NCBI GenBank assembly: GCA_963745035.1
Contig: CAVUVW010000013.1
Coordinates: 992,001-1,056,000 of the forward strand
DNA: 64,000 nucleotides
Source of the DNA: an uncultured delta proteobacterium
GTDB lineage: Bacteria > Desulfobacterota > Binatia > UBA9968
Direction of reading: 5' to 3'
The translations under genes and the position numbers were made by a program. The first letter of the stretch is position 1. Each line of letters opens with the position of its first letter. The notes beneath the pieces are model-generated. The model saw only the letters and a list, made by a program, of their open reading frames with translations. It was not told the DNA's origin and searched no databases. Positions 20,753 to 30,960 of this stretch are shown here, in pieces.

Positions 20753-22048
20753 TTAGAGATTCATGCCGCTGCGAATTTGCCGGAGCAAAGCGATGTTGTC
20801 CGAGTGGCCGGTCATCGACGCGGAGATCGCGCCGCGGATCGGCCGCCCGAGCAGATAGAAATCGCCGAGAATGTCGAGAATCTTGTGGCGCGCGAATTCG
20901 TTGGGATAGCGCAAATCGGTGTTGATGATCTTGTCGTCGCCGATGATGATGCAGTTGTTGAGCTTGCCGCCGCCGGCGAGGCCCATGGTTTGGAGCTTCT
21001 CGATATCGCGGAGAAACCCGAAGGTGCGCGCCGGCGCGATCTCGTTTTTGAAAAACTCCGGCCCGCCGTACACGTAGGTATGTTCCTGCTCGCCCACCGG
21101 CTCCGGATAGCGCAGCCGATAATGAACCGACAACGATTCCGCCGGAGTGATGCTGATCGACTCGCCGTCTTTCGCCTCGATCCGGTATTGCCGGTCGATG
21201 ACGATCTCCGAAGAATCTTCGACCTGCTCCTCGACGCCGGCTTCCTCGATGGCCTGGCAGAACTCCACGGCGGAGCCGTCCATGATCGGCACCTCGCCCT
21301 GCACCTTGACGAGGAGATTGGTGATGCCGTAGCTGTGCATCACCGCGAGGAAATGCTCGACGGTGCCGATGGCAAAGCCCTTGGAGCGAAGCGAGGTCGC
21401 ATAGCCGGTGGAGCCGACATAGTCGAGATGGGCCGGCAACGTGACGTCGCCGGAGATTCCCGCGAATAGGATGCCGCGGTTGGCCGGCAGCGGGTGAAGA
21501 ATCAACCCGGTCTTCACTCCCGAGTGCAGTCCCTGCCCCGAGAGCACCACGCTTTTTTGCAGCGTCTTCTGCTTACGCGTTTGCAGCGCGTCGCCGTTTT
21601 TCAACGCGGCCGCCGACTTGGCGGCGCGCGCTTTGTGCGCGCCGGCGGCGGATTTCTGCGCGCCGCTTGCCGCCTCGCCGAGCGCGCGCTGCACCGTCAG
21701 CAGCAATCCATCCAAGGTAACCGGCTTCTCGATGAAGTCGAAGGCGCCGAACTTGGTCGCAGTGACGGCGGTGTGAATATTGCCGTGGCCGGAAACCATC
21801 ACCACGGGAATGTCCGGCTCCTGGCTCTTGATCTCTTTCAGTAAACCGATGCCGTCGACCTGGGGCATCCAGATATCGAGCAGCACCAGCTCGGGCTTCT
21901 CCTCCCGGATCATCCTGAGAACCTGAGTGCCGTCCGCAGTGTCGAGCACGCGGTAGCCCTCGTCGGTCAATACCTCGCGCACCGACTCGCGCACGCCGTC
22001 CTCGTCGTCGACGATGAGAATAGTTTTCTGGTTGGCTGACTCTTCCAC
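20753..22048 (-). CDS. lpxC: Fusion of NtrX-type receiver domain and UDP-3-O-acyl-GlcNAc deacetylase LpxC
   Basis: REC: ILIVDDE, LLDIWMP, SGHGNI, FIEKP. LpxC: KQKTL..GQGLHSG, TVEH, EVPIMDGSA, ARTFGF, HKILD, GH. One uninterrupted frame; GTG start after AGGAGG. Confidence 0.93.
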   Translation of the reverse strand: MEESANQKTILIVDDEDGVRESVREVLTDEGYRVLDTADGTQVLRMIREEKPELVLLDIWMPQVDGIGLLKEIKSQEPDIPVVMVSGHGNIHTAVTATKFGAFDFIEKPVTLDGLLLTVQRALGEAASGAQKSAAGAHKARAAKSAAALKNGDALQTRKQKTLQKSVVLSGQGLHSGVKTGLILHPLPANRGILFAGISGDVTLPAHLDYVGSTGYATSLRSKGFAIGTVEHFLAVMHSYGITNLLVKVQGEVPIMDGSAVEFCQAIEEAGVEEQVEDSSEIVIDRQYRIEAKDGESISITPAESLSVHYRLRYPEPVGEQEHTYVYGGPEFFKNEIAPARTFGFLRDIEKLQTMGLAGGGKLNNCIIIGDDKIINTDLRYPNEFARHKILDILGDFYLLGRPIRGAISASMTGHSDNIALLRQIRSGMNL

Positions 22049-22069
22049 TCGCCCCTCCTGCAAAACCTG

Positions 22070-24301
22070 CTAAGAATAGACCGCCCGTTTGGCGGCGTCC
22101 TCCGCCGCAGCGGTGGCGCTCACGGGAAACTCGATGATAAAGCGGGTTCCCTTCGGTTCGTTGGGCCATGCGCGGATATAGCCGCGGTGGTCTTCGACGA
22201 TTTGGCTCACGATAGTCAATCCCAAACCGGTGCCGTTCTCCTTGGTGGAGAAATACGGCTCGAAGATTTTCGTGCGGATTTCCGCCGGCAGCCCGCAGCC
22301 GTTGTCGGCGACCTCCAAAGTCACCACGCCGCGCGCCGGATCGTGGATCGTCGCCAGCCTGACTTCGCCCTCGCCTTCCACCGCCGCCACCGCATTATCG
22401 AGGAGATTGATCAGCATGCGGTTGATCTGCTCGCGGTCGAGATCCAGAGCCGGAATCACGCCGCCGCGAAAATGAAAATGAATTCCAAGATGGCCTTCCT
22501 TGAACAAAACCAGCGCCTCGCCGACGACCTGGTTGAGATCGGCCGGGGCGAGCCGGGCCGAAGGCAGGCGCGCGAATTGAGAGAACTCGTTGACGAGGTT
22601 CTTGAGCTCGACGACCTGCTGGATGATCGTGCTCGTGCACTTGTCGAGAATCGCGCCGTCGCCTTCGAGCATTTTGGCGTAGCGTTTGCGCAGCCGCTCC
22701 GCTGAAAGTTGAATCGGCGTGAGCGGATTTTTGATTTCATGCGCGATTCGGCGCGCGACTTCGCGCCATGCCTCCATGCGCTGTACCTGCTGGATCTGGG
22801 TAATGTCCTCGAGAAACAGCATCACGCCCAAAATCGAACCGTCGTCGTCGCGCAAAGTCGCCGCGTTGACCATCACCGTCAACAGACGATCGCTGAGCGA
22901 AAGGCGGATCTCGCGCTCGACGCTCTCGCGCCCCATGACGCTGTCGAGTATGGCGCGCAGCTCGGCCAGAGCTTCGGTATGAAAAACTTCCTGGTAGTTT
23001 CTTCCGACCGCGCGGTCGGCCGCGACCGCGAGGATCTTCTCCGCGGCCTTGTTCCAGGTGGTGATCTTTCCTGCCGGATCCACCGACACCACGCCCGCGG
23101 CGATGTTCGCCAGCAAGGTCTCCACCACCGTGCCGCGGCGCTCGAGCTCGAGCTTGATCTGCTTTAAATCGCCGGTCATCTGGTTGAAGGAATTCATCAG
23201 CACGCCGATTTCATCGTCGCCGCCGGCCTCGATGCGGTAGTCCCAATTGCCCTGAGCCACCTCGTGGGTGCCTTCGGCGAGCTTTTGAATCGGCACGGTA
23301 ATGCTCCGGGAAATATACATGCCGCACCAGGTCGCGGCGAAAATCACCACCAACGTGATCAGCAGCAAAGTCAGAAGATAGCTGTTTTTCACCGGCGTCT
23401 TTAAAAACGTCAGATACTTGTACTGCTCGTAGGATTGGGAAATTTCCACGGCGCGCTTGGAAATGCTCTTGGGCACGTAATAATCGACCACCACTACGCC
23501 GCGAATGCGCCGGTCCGAGCTGTAAAGCGGCACGCCGCCGCGGATCACGTCGGCGTCGCCCAGGATTTCCGTGCGCGTCACTTCGAGACCGCGCAAAGCG
23601 CGCTGCAGAAACTCTCCCTCCACTTTGACCACTCCGCCCGTCGGCACCTGCTCGTTGACCGCGACGATCAGCGGCTCGCCGTCGGGCGCGATGATTTCCA
23701 CGGTGCCGAGGTTGTACTCGCGCTGCTTCATCTGCACGAAAGCCTTGAGGTCCGCGGCGTTCTGCTTGTCGGCCAAGCCCTCGGCGGTGAGCCGCTGGCT
23801 CAATTGGCGAGCGTAGAAAATCGCGTTGTTCGCCGAATTTTGATAGTAGGTTTGGCCGATTTCCAAGGAGCCCTGCAGCGCGCTGTCGACTTTGGAATCG
23901 AACCAGCGGTCGAAGGAGCGGGTCAAAAGCCCGCCGGCGATCGTGAACAGCAGCACGCTCGGTACCAGCGACAGCGACACGAAGGCCAGCACGAGGCGCC
24001 CCTGGAGGCGCGAGCCGAGAATCCGCCGACGCCGCTCGACGATCAGCTTGATCAGATTGCGCACCACCAGAAACACCAGCAGCCCGAGCAGGATGATGTT
24101 GACGTTGATCAGGAGAAAAAAAACGATGTTGCTGGCAATGGACGATTCCGCCGAGACGTCGGGCAGCTGCACTTCGAAATAGACCAGCGCCGCGACCATC
24201 AGCGCGGTGATCAGAATGACGATCCCTTCACGCTTGCGGCGCTTGGTTTCCTCGCGCTTGAGAGTTTCCGCGCGAGAGATCGCGGGACTGGCGGCTTCCA
24301 T
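22070..24301 (-). CDS. ntrY: NtrY-like sensor histidine kinase (TM, periplasmic, HAMP, PAS, HisKA, HATPase)
   Basis: [53 protein letters not shown]. Confidence 0.92.
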   Translation of the reverse strand: MEAASPAISRAETLKREETKRRKREGIVILITALMVAALVYFEVQLPDVSAESSIASNIVFFLLINVNIILLGLLVFLVVRNLIKLIVERRRRILGSRLQGRLVLAFVSLSLVPSVLLFTIAGGLLTRSFDRWFDSKVDSALQGSLEIGQTYYQNSANNAIFYARQLSQRLTAEGLADKQNAADLKAFVQMKQREYNLGTVEIIAPDGEPLIVAVNEQVPTGGVVKVEGEFLQRALRGLEVTRTEILGDADVIRGGVPLYSSDRRIRGVVVVDYYVPKSISKRAVEISQSYEQYKYLTFLKTPVKNSYLLTLLLITLVVIFAATWCGMYISRSITVPIQKLAEGTHEVAQGNWDYRIEAGGDDEIGVLMNSFNQMTGDLKQIKLELERRGTVVETLLANIAAGVVSVDPAGKITTWNKAAEKILAVAADRAVGRNYQEVFHTEALAELRAILDSVMGRESVEREIRLSLSDRLLTVMVNAATLRDDDGSILGVMLFLEDITQIQQVQRMEAWREVARRIAHEIKNPLTPIQLSAERLRKRYAKMLEGDGAILDKCTSTIIQQVVELKNLVNEFSQFARLPSARLAPADLNQVVGEALVLFKEGHLGIHFHFRGGVIPALDLDREQINRMLINLLDNAVAAVEGEGEVRLATIHDPARGVVTLEVADNGCGLPAEIRTKIFEPYFSTKENGTGLGLTIVSQIVEDHRGYIRAWPNEPKGTRFIIEFPVSATAAAEDAAKRAVYS

Positions 24302-24345
24302 CGGGCTCTACCCGGGACTAAGCGCCCGGAAGATTAACGAAAAGA

Positions 24346-24558
24346 TTACCTTCTAAAGAAATAAAGGACAAGCGAGATGAGCACGCTGATGAGAATGCAG
24401 GTGGTGATCGGAAAATAGAATGAAAAGCGCTCGCGCTGGATCGTTATGTCGCCGGGCAAATTTCCCAACCAGGGCAACTTGCCCGCAAACGATAACACCA
24501 CCCCGACGACCACGAGAATCAGTCCAAAAAAAACCAGTGTCTTGCCGAATTCCGACAT
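24346..24558 (-). CDS. DUF2905 family small membrane protein
   Basis: LGNLPGDI.I..F.FYFPITTCILIS. Confidence 0.88.
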   Translation of the reverse strand: MSEFGKTLVFFGLILVVVGVVLSFAGKLPWLGNLPGDITIQRERFSFYFPITTCILISVLISLVLYFFRR

Positions 24559-24592
24559 AGCGCACCGCCTTCATATCGGGCGTGCCCCGCGG

Positions 24593-25622
24593 TTAAAATA
24601 GCGAGGGTTGCTTCTTGGCGGCGCCGCCGCTAGCCAGGGCGCTCTGTTCCCGGCCGAAATGATCGAACGCCAGGACGGTGGCGACCCGGCCGCGCGGCGT
24701 GCGTTGGACAAAGCCCGCCTGGATCAGAAACGGCTCATAGACGTCCTCGATGGTGTCTTTCTCCTCGCCGATGGCCGCCGCCAGGGTTTCGACACCCACG
24801 GGACCGCCGCCAAACTTGTCAATCAGCGTAAGCAGCAGCATGGTATCCATCTTGTCCAGCCCCAGCCGATCGACTTCGAGCATCTTGAGCGCCTCGTCGG
24901 TGATCGACTTCGTGATCATGCCGTCGCCTTTGACCTGCGCGTAGTCGCGCACCCGGCGCAGCAAGCGATTGGCGATGCGCGGCGTGCCGCGCGAGCGCGC
25001 GGCAATCTCGGCAATGCCGTCGCTCTGCTTCGCGCACGCCGAGGATCGCCGCCGAGCGCTTGAGGATGCGCGCCAGCGCCGCGGTGTCGTAGAAATCCAA
25101 ACGGTGAATATGGCCGAACCGATCGCGCAGCGGCGACGTCAACAGGCCCGAACGGGTAGTGGCGCCGATCAGCGTGAAGCGCTTCAGATCGAGCTTGATC
25201 GATCGCGCCGACGGGCCCTGACCGATCATGATGTCGATCTGATAGTCTTCCATCGCCGGATAGAGCACTTCCTCGACGATGTGATTCAGGCGATGAATTT
25301 CGTCGATGAAAAGCACGTCGCCTTGCTCGAGGTTGGTCAGCAGCGCGGCGAGATCGCCGGGCCGCTCCACCACCGGCCCCGAAGTCGCCCTGATGTTGAC
25401 GCCCATTTCCCGGGCGATGATGTAGGCGAGCGAGGTCTTGCCCAATCCCGGCGGGCCATGAAACAGCATATGATCGAGGACGTCGCCGCGCCCGCGCGCT
25501 GCCGCGATCGCCACCCGCAGATTGGCCTTGACCTGCTCCTGGCCGACGTATTCGTCGAAGCCGCGCGGCCGTAGATTGACCTCGTAGTTCAGGTCTTCGT
25601 CGTTTTTGTCAGCGCTTAGCAT
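24593..25622 (-). CDS. ruvB: Holliday junction helicase RuvB (frameshift near 25040)
   Basis: [23 protein letters not shown]; GGPVG and [14 protein letters not shown] in second frame. Confidence 0.96.
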
Positions 25623-25717
25623 GGTCGCAGGAGTATTACCGGCACATCATATCGACGGTGATCCGAGGCCCTATCCACGCCTAATCGTCAGCAGCCGTCC
25701 TCGATTCTTGGTGAAGC

Positions 25718-26307
25718 TCAGCTCATGCGCCGGAGCGTTTCCTTGATCACGTCCTCCAATGAGCGTTCGCCTTTCTTGAGCACCTCGCGAACCAGTTTTT
25801 CCGCCTCGGGTCTTTTATATCCCAGATTGACCAAAGCGCGAAACCGCGTCGAGCAAAAGTTGCGATCCACCGTCGGTCTTGGCGCTTTCCTGCCCGGGCG
25901 GCGCCAGAGTGGCGAACTTGTCCTTCAACTCGACGATCATCCGCTCGGCGAGTTTTCTGCCCACTCCGGGAATCGCGACCAGACGCACTTGGTCGGCTTC
26001 CTTCAACGCGCGCGCCAACTCGTCGGCCGCGATGCCGGAAAGAATGTTGATGGCGAGCTTGGGTCCGATTCCCGAGACGCCGATCAGCAGCAAGAAGAGC
26101 TGTTTTTCTTCCGGATCTTGAAAACCGAAAAGCTGAAGCGCGTCCTCGCGAACGTGGGTGTGGATTTGCAAGCTCACCGCAGCGCCGATTTCCGGCAGGC
26201 GATAAAAGACATTGAGCGGAATAAAGATCTGATAGCCGACTCCGCCAACGTCGACCACCGCCTCGCCGGGCATCTTTTGCGCTAGAGTTCCGCTGATTGG
26301 CGATCAG
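25718..26307 (-). CDS. ruvA: Holliday junction DNA-binding protein RuvA (frameshifts near both ends)
   Basis: VGGVGY, HVREDA..LFGF, VSGIGPK, IPGVGRKLAER. Confidence 0.93.
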
Positions 26308-26925
26308 TCGCTAATCACAAGAGGCCGGCTCCAGCGCTTGGCGGCAAGCTCGACGCAGTCGCGCCAGCTCGTCCGGCCGGAGGCTCCGTTGCGCGACGGC
26401 GCCAACGTAATTTGGAAAGTCTCGCGATGAACGTGACAGATCGCCGCCGCCAGCGCATCGGCGGCGTCCGCGCGCATGGCGCCACGCACGAGGAGCAATG
26501 CGCCGACCATTTTTTGCACCTGCTCCTTGGTCGCGCGGCCGTAGCCGACCACCGCGACTTTGATTTCCGCCGCCGAATACTCGGCGATATGCAGCCGATG
26601 CTCTGCCGCCGCCAACAAAGCGACGCCGCGCGCTTGCCCGAGCTTCAGCGCGCTTTGCGCATTGCGCGAGAAGAATACCTTTTCCAAACTGACGGCAGTC
26701 GGACGACAATCTTCGATGATTTCGTGGAGCCCGCGGTAGATGTGGCTCAAGCGCTCGGCCAGCCCGAGTGCGGCGGATGTGGCGATGATTCCGTGCGAGC
26801 GGCAGCGCAGTTTGATTGGCTTCCACTTCGACGATTCCCCAGCCGGTCACAAGCGAACCGGGGTCGATGCCAAGAATGATTTCCCGACCGAGCCGCCTGG
26901 CGCTGCTCTTGAGCGTCGGCGCCAC
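26304..26925 (-). CDS. ruvC: Crossover junction endodeoxyribonuclease RuvC (frameshift near 26800)
   Basis: ILGIDPGS..TGWG; EKVFF, KLGQARG, DAADALAAAICH. Confidence 0.93.
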
Positions 26926-26929
26926 CGCT

Positions 26930-27676
26930 TCAGCTCGCCTTGTCCATCAGCTCGGAAGGAATGTTGAAATTGGCCGACACGCTCTGCACGTCGTCGTGGT
27001 CTTCGAGCTCTTCGGTGAGCTTGAGAATCTGCTCGACGTGCTTGGCGTCGACGTCGACGGTGTTCTTCGGCACCAAAGTCACCTGCGCGCTGGCCACCGC
27101 GATCTTTTCCTGATCCAGGCGCTCCTTCACCGCGGCGAAATCCTCCGGCAAGGTCACGACTTCGAAAATCTCGTCTTCGTCGCGCACGTCTTCGGCGCCG
27201 GCGTCGAGCACGATGCCCATCAAGCGGTCTTCATCGACCTGGACTTTTTCGACGGCGATCACGCCCTTCTTGTCGAACATCCAGGACACGCAGCCGGTCT
27301 CCCCCAGGTTGCCGCCGTGTTTGGTGAATAGCCGGCGGATCTCCGATACGGTGCGGTTTTTATTGTCGGTCAAGACCTGCGCGATGATCGCGGCGCCGCC
27401 GGGACCGTAACCTTCGTACTGGATTTCTTCGTAGGTAACCCCTTCGAGCTCGCCGGTGCCCTTCTTGATCGCCCGATCGATATTCTCGTTCGGCATGCTG
27501 TTGCTGCGCGCGGTCAACACCGCCGTGCGGAGACGCGGATTGGCATTGATATCGCCGCCGCCCATGCGCGCGGCGACGGTAATTTCCTTGATGAGCTTGG
27601 TGAAGATCTTGCCGCGCTTGGCGTCCTTGGCAGCCTTCTTGTGCTTGATCGTGCTCCACTTCGAATGACCGGACAT
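26930..27676 (-). CDS. yebC: YebC/PmpR family protein
   Basis: [30 protein letters not shown]. Confidence 0.97.
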   Translation of the reverse strand: MSGHSKWSTIKHKKAAKDAKRGKIFTKLIKEITVAARMGGGDINANPRLRTAVLTARSNSMPNENIDRAIKKGTGELEGVTYEEIQYEGYGPGGAAIIAQVLTDNKNRTVSEIRRLFTKHGGNLGETGCVSWMFDKKGVIAVEKVQVDEDRLMGIVLDAGAEDVRDEDEIFEVVTLPEDFAAVKERLDQEKIAVASAQVTLVPKNTVDVDAKHVEQILKLTEELEDHDDVQSVSANFNIPSELMDKAS

Positions 27677-27930
27677 AAATGTGACCTTCCGTTAAATTCG
27701 CTCGTAACCTAACACAATCGCCCCACCGGGTAAACCAGACTATCGCGATCGCCCGCCGCGCGGTCCAGGCGGTTCAGAGCGCATCTTCGCAGGCCGATGA
27801 ACCGTTTGTCTTGTCTTCACCGAAGGATTGCGCCACGGAGATCCTAAGCGCCGATTTCGGCATGAGTGCGGCAGCAAATCCGCGCCGCGCGCTTTTTTCC
27901 CGAAGAGTTCTTCGCTATACTCCGGCCACG

Positions 27931-28629
27931 ATGAGCCCGAACATGTTGCTGCGTCCCATCGGCTCATGGCTACCGGCGCGTCCTAAGAACGCGCCGTTGT
28001 TTTTTGCGCTGGCGCTGGCGCTCGGCTGCTCCGTGCCGCCAAGCAAGGTACGCGTACCGGAGCCGCCGTCCACCGGCGGCCTCAGCCAAACCGGCATCGC
28101 TTCCTGGTACGGCCCCGGCTTTCACGGCAAAGCCACCGCGAGCGGCGCGATCTACAACCAGAACGATTTCACCGCGGCGCATCAAACCTTGCCCCTCGGC
28201 ACGCGCGTGATGGTGACCAATTTGGAAAACGGCAGCACCACGGAGGTGACGATCAACGATCGCGGCCCGTTTGCCAAGGGCCGGATCATCGATCTTTCGC
28301 ACTCCGCGGCGCGGCTGCTCGACATGGTGGGCCCAGGCACCGCGCTGGTGCGCGTCGACGTGCTCGAAAGCCCGGTCAAACTGCAAAGCATTCGCACCGC
28401 TTTGAACTACACTCTGCAACTGGGATCGTTCACGCAAATGGACAACGCCCGACAGCTTCGCGATCGCGCGGCAAGGACGTTTCCCGACGTGACCATCGCG
28501 CCGCTCCATTCCCAAGACGCCACCTACTATCGAGTGCATCTCGGCACGTTCTCGAACCGGACCGACGCCGAAGCGCAAGCCCGGCAGGTGACCCAGGCAG
28601 GCTATTCGGTCATCATCATGGAGAAATAG
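27931..28629 (+). CDS. rlpA: Septal ring lytic transglycosylase RlpA (lipoprotein, SPOR domain)
   Basis: LALG|C lipobox, GIASWYG, TAAHQTLP, INDRGPF..RIIDLS, C-terminal SPOR. Confidence 0.93.
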   Translation: MSPNMLLRPIGSWLPARPKNAPLFFALALALGCSVPPSKVRVPEPPSTGGLSQTGIASWYGPGFHGKATASGAIYNQNDFTAAHQTLPLGTRVMVTNLENGSTTEVTINDRGPFAKGRIIDLSHSAARLLDMVGPGTALVRVDVLESPVKLQSIRTALNYTLQLGSFTQMDNARQLRDRAARTFPDVTIAPLHSQDATYYRVHLGTFSNRTDAEAQARQVTQAGYSVIIMEK

Positions 28630-29925
28630 GTGGATGAGCCCCCTTCGCTGACTCTTTGCGCGCGAAGGCGCGTGCCGCGCGCCGGTTTTTTTCTGTTCGC
28701 CGCCGTGCTGTCCGCTTGCGCATCTGCGGCGCCCCAGGTCGCTCCCCCGCCGGCCGCAAAGTTTGGGGAAATCGTCACGAGCGTCTCACAAACGCGCGGC
28801 CTCGAATGGAAGCAGGAAATCACCCTGGCGCCAGCCGCCGCGAGCAATTCCGCGGACCTCCAAAGCGAGTTTTACAATGGCGCGCCGCTCGCGGCCGTCG
28901 AACAGGCGTACAAAGCCATCGGCTTGTTGGCCGGCGCCGACGATTTGAAGAAGTCACTGGCGGACTTGGTCCGACTCGAATCCCTCATCGGCTATGATCG
29001 CAAGCGCGCAAGCGCGACCTGGTCGCCGGCCGCCGCGCAGCTCGGCGCCCCCTTGGCCAACCTCGATGCCGACAAGGCGCGCGATCTCGCGCCGGTGCTC
29101 GCGGCGATGCGGGCGCTCCAGGAGCAGCACTTCCAATCGCCTGCCGCCATCGATCGAACAGCGATCGAAGACCGCCGCTCGGCGCTCGCCGCCGTCGCGG
29201 CCGGCGACGCGCTGTTGACGTTCATGATGCGGGGGTTGCAAAAGGAAGCGCCGAATCTGGAAATCGCCGACCAAATCGCCGCAACGCTGGAGCGCTTGGC
29301 CGGCGACTTGCCGGATTTCCTGCGTCGTCGTTTGACCTTTCCCTACCGCCACGGCAGCCGCTTTGTGTATTGGGCCTTCAAAGCCAAAGGCTGGCAAGGA
29401 GTCAACGGCATTTACGCCGATCCGCCGCGTGCCACCACGGAGATTATTCATCCGGAAAAATACTTCATCGAGCGCGAGCCGCCGCTGCTTTTGTTTCCAC
29501 CGCACTTGCTGCGCCGGTTCAAGCAGCCGGCGGCGATCGAGCAAACGCTGGGCGAAGACGCCATTGCCGGTTTGCTCACCGGGGCGAGTCGCGCGCAGGC
29601 AGCCGAAGAGATCGCCGCCGGTTGGCGCGGCGATCAGCTATTCCATTTCGCCGAAAACGGCGGTGCCGCAACTCTTTGGTTCACCTCCTGGCGAACGGAA
29701 AAACAAGCCGGTGAGTTTTTTCGCGCCTACTGGGCGGCCCTCGAGACACGCCACCGCGTGCGCTTCGAAATGGCCGCACCGAACGCGCCTGCCCTGGCCG
29801 TCGCGCGCGAGCGCGGCTGGCTGCTGCAGCGAATCGGAGACTTAGTGCTGCTGGTCAGCGCCTCGCCGGCGAGCGCTTTGCGCTCAGCTTGCCGCGGAGG
29901 CCTGGAAGGATTTGGAGGTCGATAA
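28630..29925 (+). CDS. Lipoprotein resembling a zinc-metallopeptidase-like family, metal motif degenerate (3' end uncertain)
   Basis: LSA|C lipobox; ALQEQHF, GDA, FPY..G..FV, PP..T.EIIHPEKY and GWRGD blocks. Confidence 0.65.
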   Translation: MDEPPSLTLCARRRVPRAGFFLFAAVLSACASAAPQVAPPPAAKFGEIVTSVSQTRGLEWKQEITLAPAAASNSADLQSEFYNGAPLAAVEQAYKAIGLLAGADDLKKSLADLVRLESLIGYDRKRASATWSPAAAQLGAPLANLDADKARDLAPVLAAMRALQEQHFQSPAAIDRTAIEDRRSALAAVAAGDALLTFMMRGLQKEAPNLEIADQIAATLERLAGDLPDFLRRRLTFPYRHGSRFVYWAFKAKGWQGVNGIYADPPRATTEIIHPEKYFIEREPPLLLFPPHLLRRFKQPAAIEQTLGEDAIAGLLTGASRAQAAEEIAAGWRGDQLFHFAENGGAATLWFTSWRTEKQAGEFFRAYWAALETRHRVRFEMAAPNAPALAVARERGWLLQRIGDLVLLVSASPASALRSACRGGLEGFGGR

Positions 29926-29967
29926 GGAAACGGACGAGTTGCGCTTCGACTCGGCCCACGCTCCGGC

Positions 29968-30886
29968 TCAGTTTCCGCCCAGGAGCAGATAGCGGCCGTT
30001 TTCCATTTTGGCCCGCCCCTCGCGCGCGAGCTTTTCCAGGTGCGCCTGCACGGAAAATTCCGCCACCCGCTGGAGCGCTGCCGAGACGTCTTTATAGATG
30101 AGGTGCGTGATGTCCCCGATGGTTTGGTGCCCAGCCCGCAACGCCGCCAAAACCTGCTGCTCCCGCTCCATGCGATGTTTGATGTATTCTCTGATTTTCG
30201 CTTCGGGCTTGCCGACCAGCGGACCGTGGCCGGGCAGGATCAAGCTGATTTCGAAGCCGAGCAACCGCTCCAGCGAATGCAGATAATCGGTCATGTTGCC
30301 GTCCGGCGGACGAATCACCGCCGTGCCGAAGCCGAGAATGTTGTCGCCGCTGAACAGCACCCTGTCGCCGTTTTCGTAAAAGCAGCAGTGCCCCGACTCG
30401 TGGCCCGGCGTGTGCAGCACGTGCAGTTCGCCGCCGCCGAAGGAAATCCGGTCATTGTCGTCGTACTGAAAATCTTCGCCGCCGAGATAACCCTTGCGCG
30501 AGCGGTGAATGCCGAGCTTGGCGCCGCAACGCTTGCGCAGCGCCAGCGCGCCGCCGCAATGATCGCTGTGGATGTGGGTGAGCAGGATCTTTTCGATCTT
30601 CTTTGCGCCCATCGCCTCCACCTGCTCGATGATGCCGTCGAGGTTCGAGTCGGCGCTCAAGCGCCACGTCGATGACGATGACGCTCTCCTTGCCGACGAC
30701 GTATTGGTTGGTTCCCTGCAGCGTCATGATGCCGGGGTTGTCGGCCGTGAATTTTCCGATGAAATCCGGTGTCGCCATGATCGTCCCTTCGGCGGCGTTG
30801 CTCTCGCCGCGAAAAACTGCGTCGGCCAAAAAAAACGCCAGCGAGGTCTTTGCCAATCTCGCCAGCGCTTTGCGTCTGGTAAGCAG
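29968..30886 (-). CDS. MBL-fold metallo-hydrolase, LACTB2-like (frameshift near 30660; start 30778 or upstream Tat-like leader)
   Basis: ADNPGIMTLQGTN, THIHSDH, HTPGH, FSGD, PGHG, C-terminal winged helix. Confidence 0.88.
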
Positions 30887-30891
30887 AGCTT

Positions 30892-30952
30892 CTAGTTCCT
30901 TGTTTCTGGTTTCCGGTTGCTCACTAGGAACGAGAAACTCGAACCAGAAACT
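30892..30952. repeat. Degenerate 7-bp tandem repeats forming an inverted pair
   Basis: AGTTCCT/TGTTTCT/GGTTTCC facing AGGAACG/AGAAACT units just after the acnA stop. Confidence 0.6.
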
Positions 30953-30960
30953 CCCTGACA

